DNA from: Halocafeteria seosinensis
Taxonomy: Eukaryota
Assembly: GCA_001687465.1 (NCBI GenBank)
Contig: LVLI01000336.1
Coordinates: 62,001-126,000 of the forward strand
Length of the DNA: 64,000 nucleotides
Direction: 5' to 3'
Below, one piece after another: positions 10,357-24,000 of the stretch (within the stretch, counting starts at the first letter, position 1; every line of letters starts with the position of its first letter). The notes under the pieces are model-generated. The model saw only the letters and a list, made by a program, of their open reading frames with translations. It was not told the origin of the DNA and ran no database searches. The position numbers were made by a program, and so were the translations under genes.

Positions 10357-12676
10357 GTACATGCGGTTCACGACTGACGGACCCTTGAGCGTGCCAAAAT
10401 CACGACTGGAGGATACCCTTCCGTGGAATCCTTCGCAAATCAGTTTCATGGGAATACTCTATTTCCCCCACCATGTCTCCTGCTACCGATGGGCGATGAC
10501 TCAGACAAGCACATACCTTATGGGCTCAGAGACCTGCGTTCAGTGCGTTCTGTATGAGCTTCCGGATGACGTTTTAGCAACGGATCTGTATGGCTAAGCA
10601 GCTTACCAACCCCGGAAAGGGACATCGCAGATTAGAGATCCTTTCACCTAGTCTCATTCGCGATAAGCGGTCGCCGATTGTTCTCGACGAAACCTCCAAA
10701 TGCTTCTTTTCGTCCCAAACGCCGCTCTTCGGTTTCGGCAGCTGGGAAACGTACTCGCAACCGTTACGCAGAAAGGAACTTGTAGAACCCTCCCATGGTT
10801 TTTTCTCTGTTCAACTTGGTAAGGCTTGACTACAACCCTCTTACAGAACAGTGTGTATAACCCTATCAATGGTGTGGTGGGGGCCCAATAAGACGGTAAT
10901 GAGACTCTGGTCTTTTTCGAGTTCATAGTCCTTCGTCGGTATACACAGGTTTACGGTGAAATGGGTTCATGTTGAAACGCACACAGTCCGAGTTGTAGTG
11001 CCAAATTGCGGCACTCCTGTTGCATGTTTCTGGCAATCAGGCTTTGTTAAGGCCACCGCTATCATCGCGCCCGCGCGCAAGAGACGACACGATGAAAATG
11101 ACTGTGCTGCTGCTATGCAATACCGTCGAAAGCAGATATGCGATGAACACCGAAAACGTTCACGACTTGTTGCTGCTGGCTTGCAGTATCACCGAGATGA
11201 ACCCGTTGTACCAGTGGTCGCTAATCACAAACAGTGGAAGTCCGGAACAGGGTGTCCCCACGAGGATATATTGAGGAATTCGCGATTAAATTGATTGCAG
11301 CAAGTTGAATTTCTGACTAAGCCCCATTATAGATGAAATTGACTCTAAAATTGGTCCAGGCATTCTACATGTACCAACACATGGTCTCCATAATGTTTTT
11401 TACCACAACGGGTACAACTTCACAATTTGGTGATCGGCCAGCGGCCAGCAGCGGCTGGGCAGCCTGGTAGCACGGTGGACGTTGCTGATGCCCCTCTCTA
11501 CAAGCCCCAAGACCCGTAGCAGCTAACAAGGTGTGTGTGCAAAAGAAGGAGAGGAAGCTGTAAGTTAACCTGTGACTGGTGGAGGGAGACTGGATGAGTG
11601 GGGAGACGGGGGGAGAGGAACTTGCCACCGCATGTGCCGTACTCTTCATAGCCTTCACGGCCTTCGAAGGCAGAAAGGAAGTTTTGAGTCTTAGTGAGAC
11701 ATAGGTGCAGGGGAGATTTTTCTCCTAGAAGCATTATCACAGGATCTTTCCACTGTAGAACACAACAGCTGGCAGATCCCGGCGGACCAGGCAAGGAACA
11801 AGTAAATCATATGGAATATTCAGTGCATCCAGCATTGTGCAGGTAAGTGGAGATGAGCTTCGCAGTTTTGCATTATCCAACATACACACTACGCTGGAAA
11901 TTAATTATTCGTAGTCGGCACTTGGGTGCTTAAAGATATCACCTAGACGAAACCAGTGTTTGAGACTTTGAAAGCCACGTGGTGGGAATGTCCGGGTTAA
12001 GTCCGGGAGGTTCCAGAGTACATTGGCGTGTTGTTGTTTAAGGCTACCCCAAATTCAACAATAAGAGGTCTATCTACTTGTTAGTCATACATTACTTTCC
12101 TGTTCGAGTTTGATTGCCTGTATTCCCTTAATAGAAGGCGCGGCAAAGAGGCCTAAACAGTGCAGTACAACGTAAATCCTCTGTCCTCTCGCACATCATC
12201 CTTCATAGTGTTATTTTCTTGCCTGTACGTGCTATACACGGTAGAATGGCGGTAGACATGGCTACAAATATGATGAATGGGACCAAGAATCATGGTAAGT
12301 AAGGCCTCAGACATGCAGATGTTCTCATAGCCCTGCCACGTCGTCCCGCGGGGATAAAAACCTTGACTCACACGTAGTCATGGCAGGGGTAGCAGTACGT
12401 CCGTGCAGGGCGGTGTATAGATGCTCAACAGAGTGTATATGGGGCTAGCAGGGCTATTTTCTCTGTCCCTCTTCATTAACTTGAACTTTGACGCCATCGA
12501 AGTCCGTTCCAAAGCTTCCATGGATGGAACCTTCCACACGGGGTGCGCCAGGTGCAGTGCATCATACTGCTTCAACTTGAATACGGTTTCTTGCAGACTT
12601 CCACGAAGCTTTTGGCCCTTCCGACGTGCATGAGGGCACCACTGAAAATCCCAAAGCGGTTGTAAGAGAATGCTCA

Positions 12677-14321
12677 ATGGGTTCGCACTTTCCTGGACTC
12701 TCGGGAACCTGCATGCGAAATGGCACGGAAACACCACTGCTGCGGAGCTTCATCAATGGCAATTGGGGCTCCACTGAGGAAACTGTTCCTCTAGAGAATC
12801 CTGCCACTGGACGCGTCATTGCCCATATTCCGCGAAACCAATTCAAGGATGTAGAGCAGGGTATGTATGAAGGGTACATGCAGGGCAATGCTCTTCTGTT
12901 TGCATCCACGACCGGTACTGATTAAGCTGCAGCGGTCAGCGCGGCAGAGATTGCGTTTAAGAGTTGGGGATCCACTGGAACCGAAGAGCGAGCAAAATTA
13001 CTTGACAAGATTGCAGATGGGATAGAGGTACGCAATTGTACAATTGTTTCGTGGTCAAGCAAACAACAATCTGCACAATGGTCAACAAGTCTGCGTGTTG
13101 CAGAAAAATTGCGAGTTCCTGGCAAAATTGGAGAGTGAAGACTCTGGAAAGACTCTACAAATGGCTCGGACTATCGATATTCCCCGGGCAGTGCAAAACT
13201 TTAGGTTCTATGCCGGCCAAATACGGCATGATTCAACGGACTGCCACTTGATGGACAGTGCGGTCAACTACAGTTTGCGTGTGCCTCTTGGTATCTGCGG
13301 GCTTATTACGCCATGGAATTTACCCCTGTACTTGCTTTCTTGGAAAGTGGCGCCTGCCTTAGCCATGGGTAATTGTATAGTTGCAAAACCCAGTGAGCTC
13401 ACTCCTCGCACAGCCACTGCTCTAGCTGATATAATAAAAGAAGCGGGTGTTCCGGATGGAGTATTCAACCTGCTACATGGCTACGGCCATGAAGTTGGCC
13501 AGGCAATCATCGAGCATCCGAAGATTGTTGGTATCAGTTTCACCGGAGGAACAGTTACGGGACGCAAAGTCGCCGCCACCGCTGCACCCATGTTCAAGAA
13601 ACTCTCACTTGAGCTTGGAGGAAAGAATCCCACCATAGTCTTCGCGGATTGTGATCTCGAGAAGACAGTGGCTGGTGCTTGTCGCTCCGCATTTACGAAT
13701 AGTGGTCAAGTGTGTCTTGCAGGTAGCAGAATCTTCGTCGAAAGAAGCATTTATCAGGAGTTCCTGGAGAAATTTGTTGAAAAGGCAAAGAGCATGACCG
13801 TTGGTGACCCCAATGATCCGAATACCCAACTAGGTCCCGTATCGTCCTACCAACACCTGGAGAAAATACGATGGTATCTGGATAAAGCTGAAGAAGAGGG
13901 AGGCAGAATCCTTTGCGGAGGCAAACAGTCCCCTCCACTTCCCGCCGGATTTGAAAATGGCTTCTTCATTTCCCCGACCGTAATTGATGGCTTGAGCCCG
14001 GATAGCACTCCTTCTAAAGAAGAAATCTTTGGGCCCGTATGCACGGTTCATCCTTTCGAAGCAGAGGATGAGCTTCTTGAAGCAGCGAACAACGTCCGTT
14101 ACGGTTTAGCTGGATCCATTTGGACGAACAATTTGAATCGCGCCCATCGGCTTGCTTCCAAAGTTCAAGTCGGTATATTGTGGATCAACTGCTGGTTACT
14201 TCGAGACTTGCGAACACCATTTGGCGGCGTAAAGGATTCCGGTATTGGCCGGGAAGGTGGAAAACACAGTTTAGAGTTCTACAGCGAGTATAGGAACGTG
14301 TGCATCAAGTACGACGCATGA
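12677..14321 (+). CDS. ALDH8A1: Aldehyde dehydrogenase, 2-aminomuconic semialdehyde dehydrogenase type (start uncertain; upstream exons possible)
   Basis: FING..NPATG, ITPWNLPLYLLSWKVAPALA, LSLELGGKNP, FTNSGQVCLAGSRIFV, EEIFGPV, WINCWLLRDLRTPFGGVKDSGIGREGG; two introns in the 5' part. Confidence 0.9.
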
Positions 14322-14552
14322 ACGTCACAAGCACGTCCATAACTGAACTTAGTGTTAGTACCCGTAGGCATCAGATCCACAGTGTCCTCCAAATGCTACA
14401 TGCTTAAATTAACTGCTACGGTTCCTACGTAACCCTTCGTGTAGAACTCCATAAGTGGGACACAAGTCTTTGCCATTACTGCAACTCATCTCTTCTAAGA
14501 TCGATTCCTTTGTGCGGTCATTCCGAGTGAGGTGTGTTCGAGTAGGGCCCGC

Positions 14553-17430
14553 TCAATCTACAGAGCCAACCTCTTTCCAGAATATGTCCATAGCGTTAGA
14601 TGTGATAAGTTCGGATCGGTCAGTATAGTTAGCGGGAGCTTCAAAAAGGCTGTCGTCCAAGCTGCAATTAATTTCCGCTTCTGGAAACGACACCTTGGCA
14701 GTGATACCCATAAACAGCCTGCAGGCAAGGCAAGGGCAGGACATCCACAAATTCACAACCTCTCACCGACCACTGCTTAAGAACGACGAGTTTCACTTAC
14801 GGAATATCGAATGCAACAGGGAAGCCCTCAGGGAATCTTGTGTCAAAAAAATTACGAAAATTTTGAAAGTGTCGGGCAGACTTGCTCATTACTTCAGCTA
14901 TGGGGAGCATTGATTGCACTTCCAGGGGAAAGGTCTCAGATATCACAACATTCGCTGTAAATGTCTTTTCCGTTACATTCGGCTCTGGAAATCGAATGTA
15001 AGAATTCTCCTCTGGAATTGCTCTAAACACGTTAGTGTTAGCTTTCACGGTTTCTTCTAGGACTTCGCGAATAGTCTTCTGGTCCCACGAAGCAGGAGCA
15101 GAATGTTGTTTCGTTACATACTCGGCATCATGCATTTTTGCATGGTCTTCGTCAGATATTTCATCAAAACCCAGTGTACGGCGGAGGACTACATCCCTCT
15201 TTATATCAGCTCTACAATTTAGAGTTTCGGTACAAGAATATCCTCCAAACATCTGAGAGGCTTCGAGTTTGCCCCACGAACAACTCGTTGGGAGACTAAA
15301 GTGTCCTTGTACAAAATGCGACAAACTACCGGCTTCATCTTCTGCTGTGGAATGCCCCATTTCAATCTCCCCTTTAACTGACGGTTTTTCAACATTTAAC
15401 CGGAGTCTAATTCTTTTGGAGCGGAAATATGAAAACGAGTTGTCGAAGCATGCGGCGAAAAAGCCCGTCGCTTCCGCGAAGAAAGTGTCGTTTAAGCGCT
15501 CCGAACGGCCAGCGTCTTGTACGATATATCCACCACGGTATTCTATCAGGTCCTCGTCCTTCTCCTCCGATAGACTATCAGACTTGCCATCGTGGGAATC
15601 TTTGCCCTCAGGCTCATCAGCATCCCAGCCCCGTTTCGACCGCAACAGTGGAACAAACACCGTTCTAAAGCCTACATCATGGTTTTCGACTTCAAAATTA
15701 CAATGTATAACCTCTGACTCTTGCACTGGGAAGTATACCAAGGATGATTTCCCTGACGACACCACTATCGTGTGTTCGTATACCATCTTGTACGCACCAC
15801 GTCTAACTGTTGCCTCTGGTTCCTCTTGAATGCCTTCTGAAAATCCCATTTCACGTTGAATAGTACTAACAATATGTGAAACAGTGCCAATTTCCTCCTT
15901 TATTTCAACTTGTGATTCGGAAGCAGCTCTAGAAGCGGTTAGTTTGGAACAGAGTTCATTTATGGCGTTGCAGAATCCTTCATTCTTCAGTTCCTCCAAG
16001 TCATTTTCGAGTGGTGGACTCCCTAGCACTGGCTCCGGCATGTCGGACGTTTCCTCCGATGAACGGTCCTCTATACCTTTCTCCGCAAGTTGTTTGGAGC
16101 GCTTAGCCTGTAATCGATTCTCCAAAGCCTCATGTCTCTCGGGCAATATCGGGTCTCGCGTTTCAACACGCATCTGTGTACAGGTACGGATTATTTCAGT
16201 GGCATGGGCGTCTTGATCTAGGTGTACGTACATGTAAATTTTTCATGGAATAAACAGTGCCGGTAAAAGATCCCACATCCTTCCTCTTCTCTTGCCCAGT
16301 CCAAAACGAGGTGGATTTAGAGAAGCTGGCGTCTCTCGACCAAAAGTGCGTTACAGGATATGGCTGCGACAGGAGAGCATCCACTTCATCATCTGCGTCT
16401 GTGCTGTCTGCAGCTTCACTATTTCGGCTAGAGTCAGCTTTTGAATCTTTTTCGCTCGTTTCACCGTTTTCCTGACAGCCCAGGATCTCCGGGACTTCCT
16501 TCGATTCCTCTGCTCCTTTGCTTTCAGAAGCTTGGTCCAGATGAGTGGGAGGAGAAGTATCTTGATCTTTTCGAAAACGGCTTGGAATTTCTTCTTCACG
16601 ATGAAGATCTCGGAGAACGTCAGCTAGCATATGGCCATATATACAGTTAATGTGGTCTATCGCATAGAGACGAAACCCGTCGCGGTTGCGCGAGCCACGG
16701 AAAACAAAACTAATACTCCCTCTTTTCCATCGCATGGACTTAAAGCCTACTAGTGAACAATCCATTCGTACCGAGGCTCCCTTTTTGCGGAGCTGCATGG
16801 GTTTCCAGAAGTAAGTAAGTAAACTTCAAAATGTTTAAGTAAGTTATTTCAAACTTGTAAGAAAGAAAAACGACGCAACCTTTACATTCGCTCACACCAC
16901 GAAGAAAATGCGAGGGATTCGACACGAAAACTTACGCGCAGTGTATCGGATGGCAAAAATCGCCCCAACAACGGAATCCATGTGGTAAATTCCAGTTTTA
17001 ACGTAGCATCAAAGTCCGGAACTTGTTGCAAGTTTTCGACGAGGCGTTCTAATCGAGCCAAGATTTTCTTGGCCGACTCCACAGAGTGGTACCGTGCGAC
17101 ATCCAGGAGAAATTCCCTGTCGTCCAGTGCCCATGGTAATGCCAAATAAAGCGTGGGTAAGCATAGGGAATCAGGGTACAAAGTGGTAGCACCGTAACGC
17201 AGTAACACTTCCGCTTGCTGTTTGTGGCCGAGTTTGAGCGCCAGCTGCAAGGGGAACTCATAGACGTCTCTTCCACGGTGACGATGGAAGCGAGAATAAG
17301 GCACGTGAATGGCCTGAGGCTCTTGTTGAATCAAATGTTCCAGATCAAGAGGGTCCAAACCAAGCCATATCCCCATCAATAAAGGGGTTGTTTTGGTCCT
17401 TGGCGATGGTATTACCGGCTCTGTGGTCAT
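14553..17430 (-). CDS. ANKRD13: ANKRD13-family protein (ankyrin + GPCR-chaperone domain) with inserted GOLD domain (multi-exon; 3' end approximate)
   Basis: PLQLALKLGH..LLRYGA; VPDF..LEFTTWIPLLGRFLPSDT; RMDCSLVGF..MRWKRGSISFVF; PEGFPVAFDIPLF.GITAKVSF. Confidence 0.85.
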
Positions 17431-17577
17431 TATACAGATAAATTCGTGTCTGCAGAATTCGGTAGAATGCTTGATACATCAATCCAATTGCTCTAGTTAG
17501 GTGTACTCAAGCATTTTTTTCCCCCCGAGTTTTCGACCTCTCCGGTATCCTATGGACCACGTTTAACTCCTGTTATT

Positions 17578-19458
17578 ATGTCGTCTCTCAACCCCAATGC
17601 CGCCCATTTTCAGCCTTCTCCTCTCTTGAACGCTCTGCCATCTTCGGGAGGGACATCCACCTCGGCAAAAGGCAGCAATACCAGCGACAATTGGCGATTA
17701 ACGCCAGCTGCCATCGCTGCTGGAGCTTCAGATTCATTTTCTACCTCTTCCAAGGGCATTTTCGGAGGCCAATCGGGTGGTAAACCTCGATATGATCCGC
17801 ATACTAAAAGAGACAATGGCCGAAATGAAGGACGGCGCCGGAGAACGTCCACACAAGAGAGCCTCGAGGCTCTCCCAGATGCAGCCCAAGATACAACTGT
17901 AAGTATCAAGGCCTTAATGAGATGATTTTGTCCATTTGATTGGGTATATCCCCAAGTTTTACGGGTCGTTGCAGATTGTTCGGAGTCCCAAAGAAGATGG
18001 AAGAGTGGTGATTCGGAGCCTCGAAGATGAAGGAGCTGAGCCCCAACCGAAAGCCTCCGAATATGATACCAAACGCGAACATGGAGGCGCTCATGGTTTC
18101 CAGAAAGACCGCCAGATTCTGCTACAGGCGATGGAAGAGAAGTTCGGAACCATTGATGCGTGCCACTTTTCTCATGAAGGATGGGCTATCGTCTCGTTTG
18201 AAAGCCCACATTCAGCTGAGATGGCTCAGAGATTCTCTGGAGAACAGGTCGGAGGTGAAAAACTACGGATTGAACCCATTAATGCTGAAGATATCGAAAC
18301 GCCTACATCGAACTCAGTAGTGCTCAAAAATCTGCCGTTTGAGCTCGAGGAAGCCGAGTTAGAGGAACAACTGGTATGTATGGAAAATGAAGGCGACTCG
18401 CTATAGGGCATCTGACTAGTAGCATGATATGTATATTACAGGATGAACTGTCTGCCAAGCCTGAATCGTTTGAAATGTTTACGGATTCAAAAGGCAAGTT
18501 CAGAGGTGTGGCCTTTGTCAGGTACAAATCTGCCGAAGATGCTCGAGAGGCTCTGAGGCAGTTCAACGGCAAGGAATTACGAGGACGGCATGTACAAGGG
18601 GAATATCGCAAGACTCCACTCTTGTCAGCAAGGAAACCAGAAGAGGGGCCATTATATCAACAGCAGAAAGGAGGGGAAAATAATCGAAGGAACCGTGCTC
18701 GGTCTCGAGGGTCATCCTTTGGTTCACCTCTGACGAAACCAAGCAAGAATCCATTTGGATCCCTGAACTCGCCCAAGGATAACGGTGGACGCCGAAGTCG
18801 GGGAGACTCTGGAGGAGAAATGAGGGAATTTGCTTTGGATGAACCAGCGAAGAAAGGAAACGGAGTTGGGCAGTCACAGAACCGCCAGAGACAAGCTGCG
18901 TTCGCTATTCCTGCTTCACCCCTCTCCAACTCCCCTCCTGTCTCTTTTTCGCAGGCAATCCCGTCTTATGCCTATGGCGAATCGCAGTTACGCCAGGAGT
19001 ACAATCGGTATGCCGCCAGTAGAGTTCCCCGATCGCCTCTGTATCTTCCATCCTCGCCGGCTGCTCCTCCAATGGAGCCGTTGACCGAGAGACACGAGAG
19101 TGAAAGTGCCCAAGGTGGAGTTTCACATTATTCAATGTCGATGCGAGAAGCCGAAGCTTCGGGTAGATCTGCCATTGTACAGGGCGATTCATCTTCATCT
19201 CAAGGCCAGTCTGTAATTCTTCGGGCAGCATCTTCATCTTCTTCCACCTCTGGTAACACAACCAACCGCATACCCCAGTTCAAATACCCCGCACGGCACG
19301 CTAAAGGCCCATCGGAAGACGGCGATCCTGGATTCCATCGTTCCCGAGAAAAAACGAGGCGTGGGAATTCGGCAGCTGCTCTTCGACGGCAGCTGGAAGA
19401 AAAAAGGAAATCGCATCAACAAGCAAGTCCTGGTGGTACAACCACAACAAGTAGTTAA
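17578..19458 (+). CDS. RNA-binding protein: PAM2 motif, two RRMs, disordered tail with SUZ-C-like motif (3 exons)
   Basis: SSLNPNAAHFQP; EGWAIVSF; VVLKNLPF...FRGVAFVRY..AREALRQFNGKELRGR; RHAKGPSEDGDPGF. Confidence 0.8.
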
Positions 19459-19743
19459 CAAGCACATAACACTAAGGTTGTCGTTGACCCGTAACATACA
19501 GATGATATACATCCAAGTGCGTCCACATACCATCTATCAATGTTCGTCTAATTTTCGGCTCTATCTTGTTGAATTCCCTCGTACACTCATGTAGCTTGAA
19601 GAAGCCTTGGATTCCGAGTCGCAAGAGCCGCAGCTTCCGGGCCCTTGGGGCCGCCGCATAGAGCCTTATTCAGGGGCAGTGTTGATCGCTTGGTGAACGC
19701 ACACCGTCCTCGTCCGTTCTTTTTCTCGGCTCGGGTAGTGGCA

Positions 19744-21012
19744 ATGGATTTCTTGGGCCTGGGGAGCGCCACGGCGCATATTGGAATCGAGGTGGATCCG
19801 GCGGATCCCAATCGACATAAGCGTCTCCTCAATCTCAAAGAGGGTAAATCGGTGTCCGTGCGCGCGGATGAAGCTCAGCCCAAAGGCCAGGAGACCAGAG
19901 GGCAACTGTGTGAGATTTTCACGGATAATGAACCTATCAAAGGGCGTGTGGAAATCCATGTCCCAGCGCGAAAAAAACTCGAAACAACTGGCGTACGAGT
20001 GTCTCTGATGGGCGTCGTCGGTAAGTCCCTATTCACGCCCAAGGGCGGGGCTCCTTAAGGTGAAACAGAATGTGTATGTGGGCGCAGATATATTCAATGA
20101 CCGAGGCAACCCGAGGCAGCAATTTTTGACGAAAACGCAAAACTTAGCTGAACCCACCACTTTACAAGGGATAACCGTAAGTCACACTGCCCTAAAATGT
20201 GTTTTCTTTGATGTTGCTGCTCCCGCGGTGGTGCTTCCTGACGCTTAGTAAACGAGGACGTACGCATGTAATTGGGGTTTGGTGTGCAGAATTACGAGTT
20301 TGAGTTTGAGCCGGAGGAGAGACTGTATGAGAGCTACAATGGCATTAATGTCCGCTGTCGCTATTTTATTGAAGTGGTCATTGAACGGAGCTACCTAGCT
20401 AACATTAGCAATACTCAGGATATCATCATTCAAAAGCTATCCGAAGAACCGAAAGATAACGAGGCGATACAAATGGAAGTAGGGATTGAAGAATGCCTAC
20501 ATATTGAATTCGAATACGCGAAAGAACAGTAAGTAGCGAGTTGGCGATGATATCGGATCTGACTTGACGTTGCACTTAATCCCGATGCAGCTTTCACTTA
20601 GAAGGTATCATCACTGGCAAGGTGCATTTTCGCATCGTACGAATTAAAGTGAAACACATGGAATTGTCTATTGTCCGCCGGGAGAGCTCGAAAGCCGATG
20701 GCAACACCTATACGGAGAGTGATACAATATGCAAATATGAAGTTATGGATGGAGCTCCTGTGAGAGGTATGTGTGCCGGATGATTGCAATATTGACTGCA
20801 TGTGCTGTCCGTTTACCTCTGTACCCGTTCTGGCAGATGAGGTCATTCCCCTCAGGCTTTATCTCAGCGGATTTGACCTTACCCCGACTTACGAATCAGT
20901 TGATGAGGTGTTCAGCGTGAAGTACTACTTAAATTTGGTGCTGGTCGATGAAGAAGACAGGCGGTATTTCAAGCAGCATGAAGTGAAGTTGTGGAGAAAA
21001 CATTTGAAGTAG
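19744..21012 (+). CDS. VPS26: Retromer subunit VPS26 (multi-exon)
   Basis: YESYNGINVRCRYF, IQMEVGIEECLHIEFEY, KYEVMDGAPVR, FSVKYYLNLVLVDEEDRRYFKQHEVKLWRK. Confidence 0.97.
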
Positions 21013-21077
21013 TGCCGTGTCAATATGTCAACGCTTGTTTTTATTCTCCCCAAAACCAATAAACGAGAGAGCATGGA

Positions 21078-24000
21078 TCAAATGGAAGAAAGTATGCTCT
21101 GAGGAACCTGCGGACGTTGTAAACCATGCGCATTTTGGTCGATCTTTATGCCACCTGCACCTCCCTTGATTTTCTTTGCGTCGACTTTTCCGTCATCGTC
21201 CTCTGTCCACAAGTTTTCCACAAAGCTTACCGTTGTATCAGATGTGTCCCGGGGCAGAGAGCTGATCGAGTCCTCTGGTCCTGGCCTTTTGTCAGAAGAA
21301 GCATCTCTTCTAGACGCGTATGTCTCCTTGTCTCCGAACCACATCGGGGATACCAAGGGCGTTTGAACTCTGGACCCTGAGCTGGGTCGAGATTTCCCGG
21401 ACTGACGAGTGGATACGGGTTGAGACTGCTTGTCTTCGCGAGGAGTATCGCTGAGCCAAGAGAGTCTTCCAGAATAATTGTTGTCAAATGTTCTCCAGTT
21501 TGCAGACTGTAGTTGACGCGCGTCCTTTCTGTTCTTTGATAACTCTCGAGAGATAGCCCCTCTGCCAGTGTGGTCTGTGGGCCCGCGTTGGTACCGTTTA
21601 TCGTAACTCTTTAGGTGGGTGGTAAGCTTATGGACAGTTTCTTCATTGGCATGCGACCAGTTATCCAGTGCTGATATCAATGCAGTGGCCACGTTGTTTG
21701 GGTCTACCACATCCGTGAGTTTAAGACAGTGTTTCTCAAACGGCGTAGCACCGGGAAACGGTCGGACTGGATATGCCGAACGAAATACGCGGTTATACAC
21801 ATCATGTGGTACTTTTAGCAATTGACCTAACCGTGTGTAGCCCCAGCGTTGGAGCGCTCTTATCCAGGGATCCGCTACCATCCTAGCTGATTTGATTCGC
21901 TCGTGAATCAGCATTCTCTGTTTCTTTATTCCTCGGCGATCCTTGAACTTATTGCTGTCAGTGGTCTGCGGTAAGTTGTACGCGATCAACGTTCTCAAAA
22001 ACAAGTCGTAGGGAACGCAAACTTTAAGCCGGTCAGTCTGAGTTCGAGTAATACCAGAGCGATAGTCAGATATTTCAACTAAGCTAGGGCTGGGTATCGG
22101 CAATACAAAAGCAACCTGAACTAATGCTGGCTCAATGCCATCTTCTAAGGATTCCACAGATTTTAGTCCGTTGAGATTCGCGTGGAGGTAGTTTAACTGC
22201 TCGACCATTGAAATCTCGAGCTCCGTTTTCACTTTCTTCTCCTCGTCCAACAATGACGAAGGGTTCTGTCCCTGTAGCAATTTTGCGTAGTACTGCTGAA
22301 ACACTGACTTTTTCTCCTCTTCTACCCTCTTTTCTTCTTCAGCGCGAAGATTGGCCAAATGCTCCCGACGATCGTTGGATTGTTCAATGATTTGAGACCG
22401 GGCAACTACCATTGAACGCGGTTCGCTGTGTTTCGAAGCCGATTCTTCGATCTCCGCTTGGATTCGCTCTTTGTGAAGTCTACTCTCCATAATAGCCCGT
22501 AGCGAGTTAGCTGTCAACCACTGATCCCGCCGGAGTATGGAAAAGCCCAAGGGAAGGGCGAGCACATCTATGTTCACATTTTCATCTACCTTCCCGATCT
22601 TACTCACCATCTCGTATTTTCCCGGGATAGCAGACATCCCAAGAAATTTTGATAGTTTTCTACTTAGTTCATTGGCCTGCTTGTGGTAAATCTCAGAAAG
22701 AAGCTCCCCTTCACTTGGTTGAATCGACCAGAAAAAGTTAGCATTCCGCGGAAAATGGTAGTCACCAGTTGCGAGAGCCACCTTTGCAGCTTGGCGGACG
22801 ATGTGATTAAGCTCTACACTATCAGCTCCGGTTGATGCTGCACCATACCCAGCCCCATATCCTGTAAACAATCCTGGTTGAATGAAAACTTCTGGTTTGG
22901 TGTGGCTGAGATCTTTTTCTGCTCCCACCGAGGGATGATCCGGTTTTTGTCCGCGTATCGACCTACTTCCTTGAAGCGGGGGTGGTGCCTGGGGATCTCC
23001 GTATCCAACTGGGAAGTGATCTTGGGAATGCTGCTTCATGTTAAGTTGCTCCCTACTGAATGATCGTCCGACACTTAACGCCATTTTAGAATCGCTCATG
23101 CTTGCTTGTTCGTTTCCGTAAGTAATCAACGTCGACGCCTCATGATTCGGTTCAGCACCTGGCGTGTGCGTCCCTTGCTGAGAATACTGCGTGACTGCAA
23201 GCGATGGAGAAGCCGATCGCGCGTTCGACGGCACAGAGTATGGTCCGGTCAATGGGGGTTTTACTGGAGCCGGCTTTGCCTTAAAGACGTCTCTGACAAC
23301 ACCAGGGTTGCTTAACTGACCTGCCGTTTTAAGAATGCGAAGTAAGCGATTCAATGAATACACGAACCGCGGATCAATTGTGGTTTTGGATAAATCTACA
23401 TCCGCCACGTCTCCAGCTACTCTACATCCGTAGCTTCGGAGCAATTCTACAACAGGCTTAGCAGCCTCTCGTAACTTTTCTTCCCATTGTAGTTTCACCA
23501 AACCCGCTGGAAGCTGGGTGAAGACTTGGGCTGCTTCTTCACCAGCAGTTTCCTGGTTGAATTCAGGAGCGAGTTCCACTTTTTGAGAGATAGCAGTCGA
23601 TTTGCTTGTCTTTGACTTCTTTTTCTTTTGTTTTACAGGACTGCTTCTGGACGGTGTCTCACCATTTGCAGTTATCAAAGGTTTTCCTTCTTCGGAGAGA
23701 GACACTAAAGTCTTCGAAAGTTGCACACCGGTGCTTCTGGCCCATTTCAGAGCACCTTGCGGTATAGGAATCAGGCGCAAGGCTGCATGGAGCACGAGCA
23801 TGTCTAACGGGCCATTAAGTCCGCGAACGTCCCGCAGCAACGTCTTCATATCAACTGGCTTGAGTCCATAACTAGTCAAAAGCTTCTCTTTCCCAACCGT
23901 TGACGGAACGTCAGGACGAAGAGTGGCATCTTTCAAGTAGCTAACATCCGCGGATCCAGTTAACGAAGGTGCAGCTCCTTCCGATGACTGCGACGGAGAA

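Noticed and set aside
16180..16230. Apparent frameshift between ANKRD13 ORFs 16196-16798 and 14797-16233
   Set aside because: A short GTACGT...ACACAG intron explains it, joining MKNLH to MRVETR in frame.
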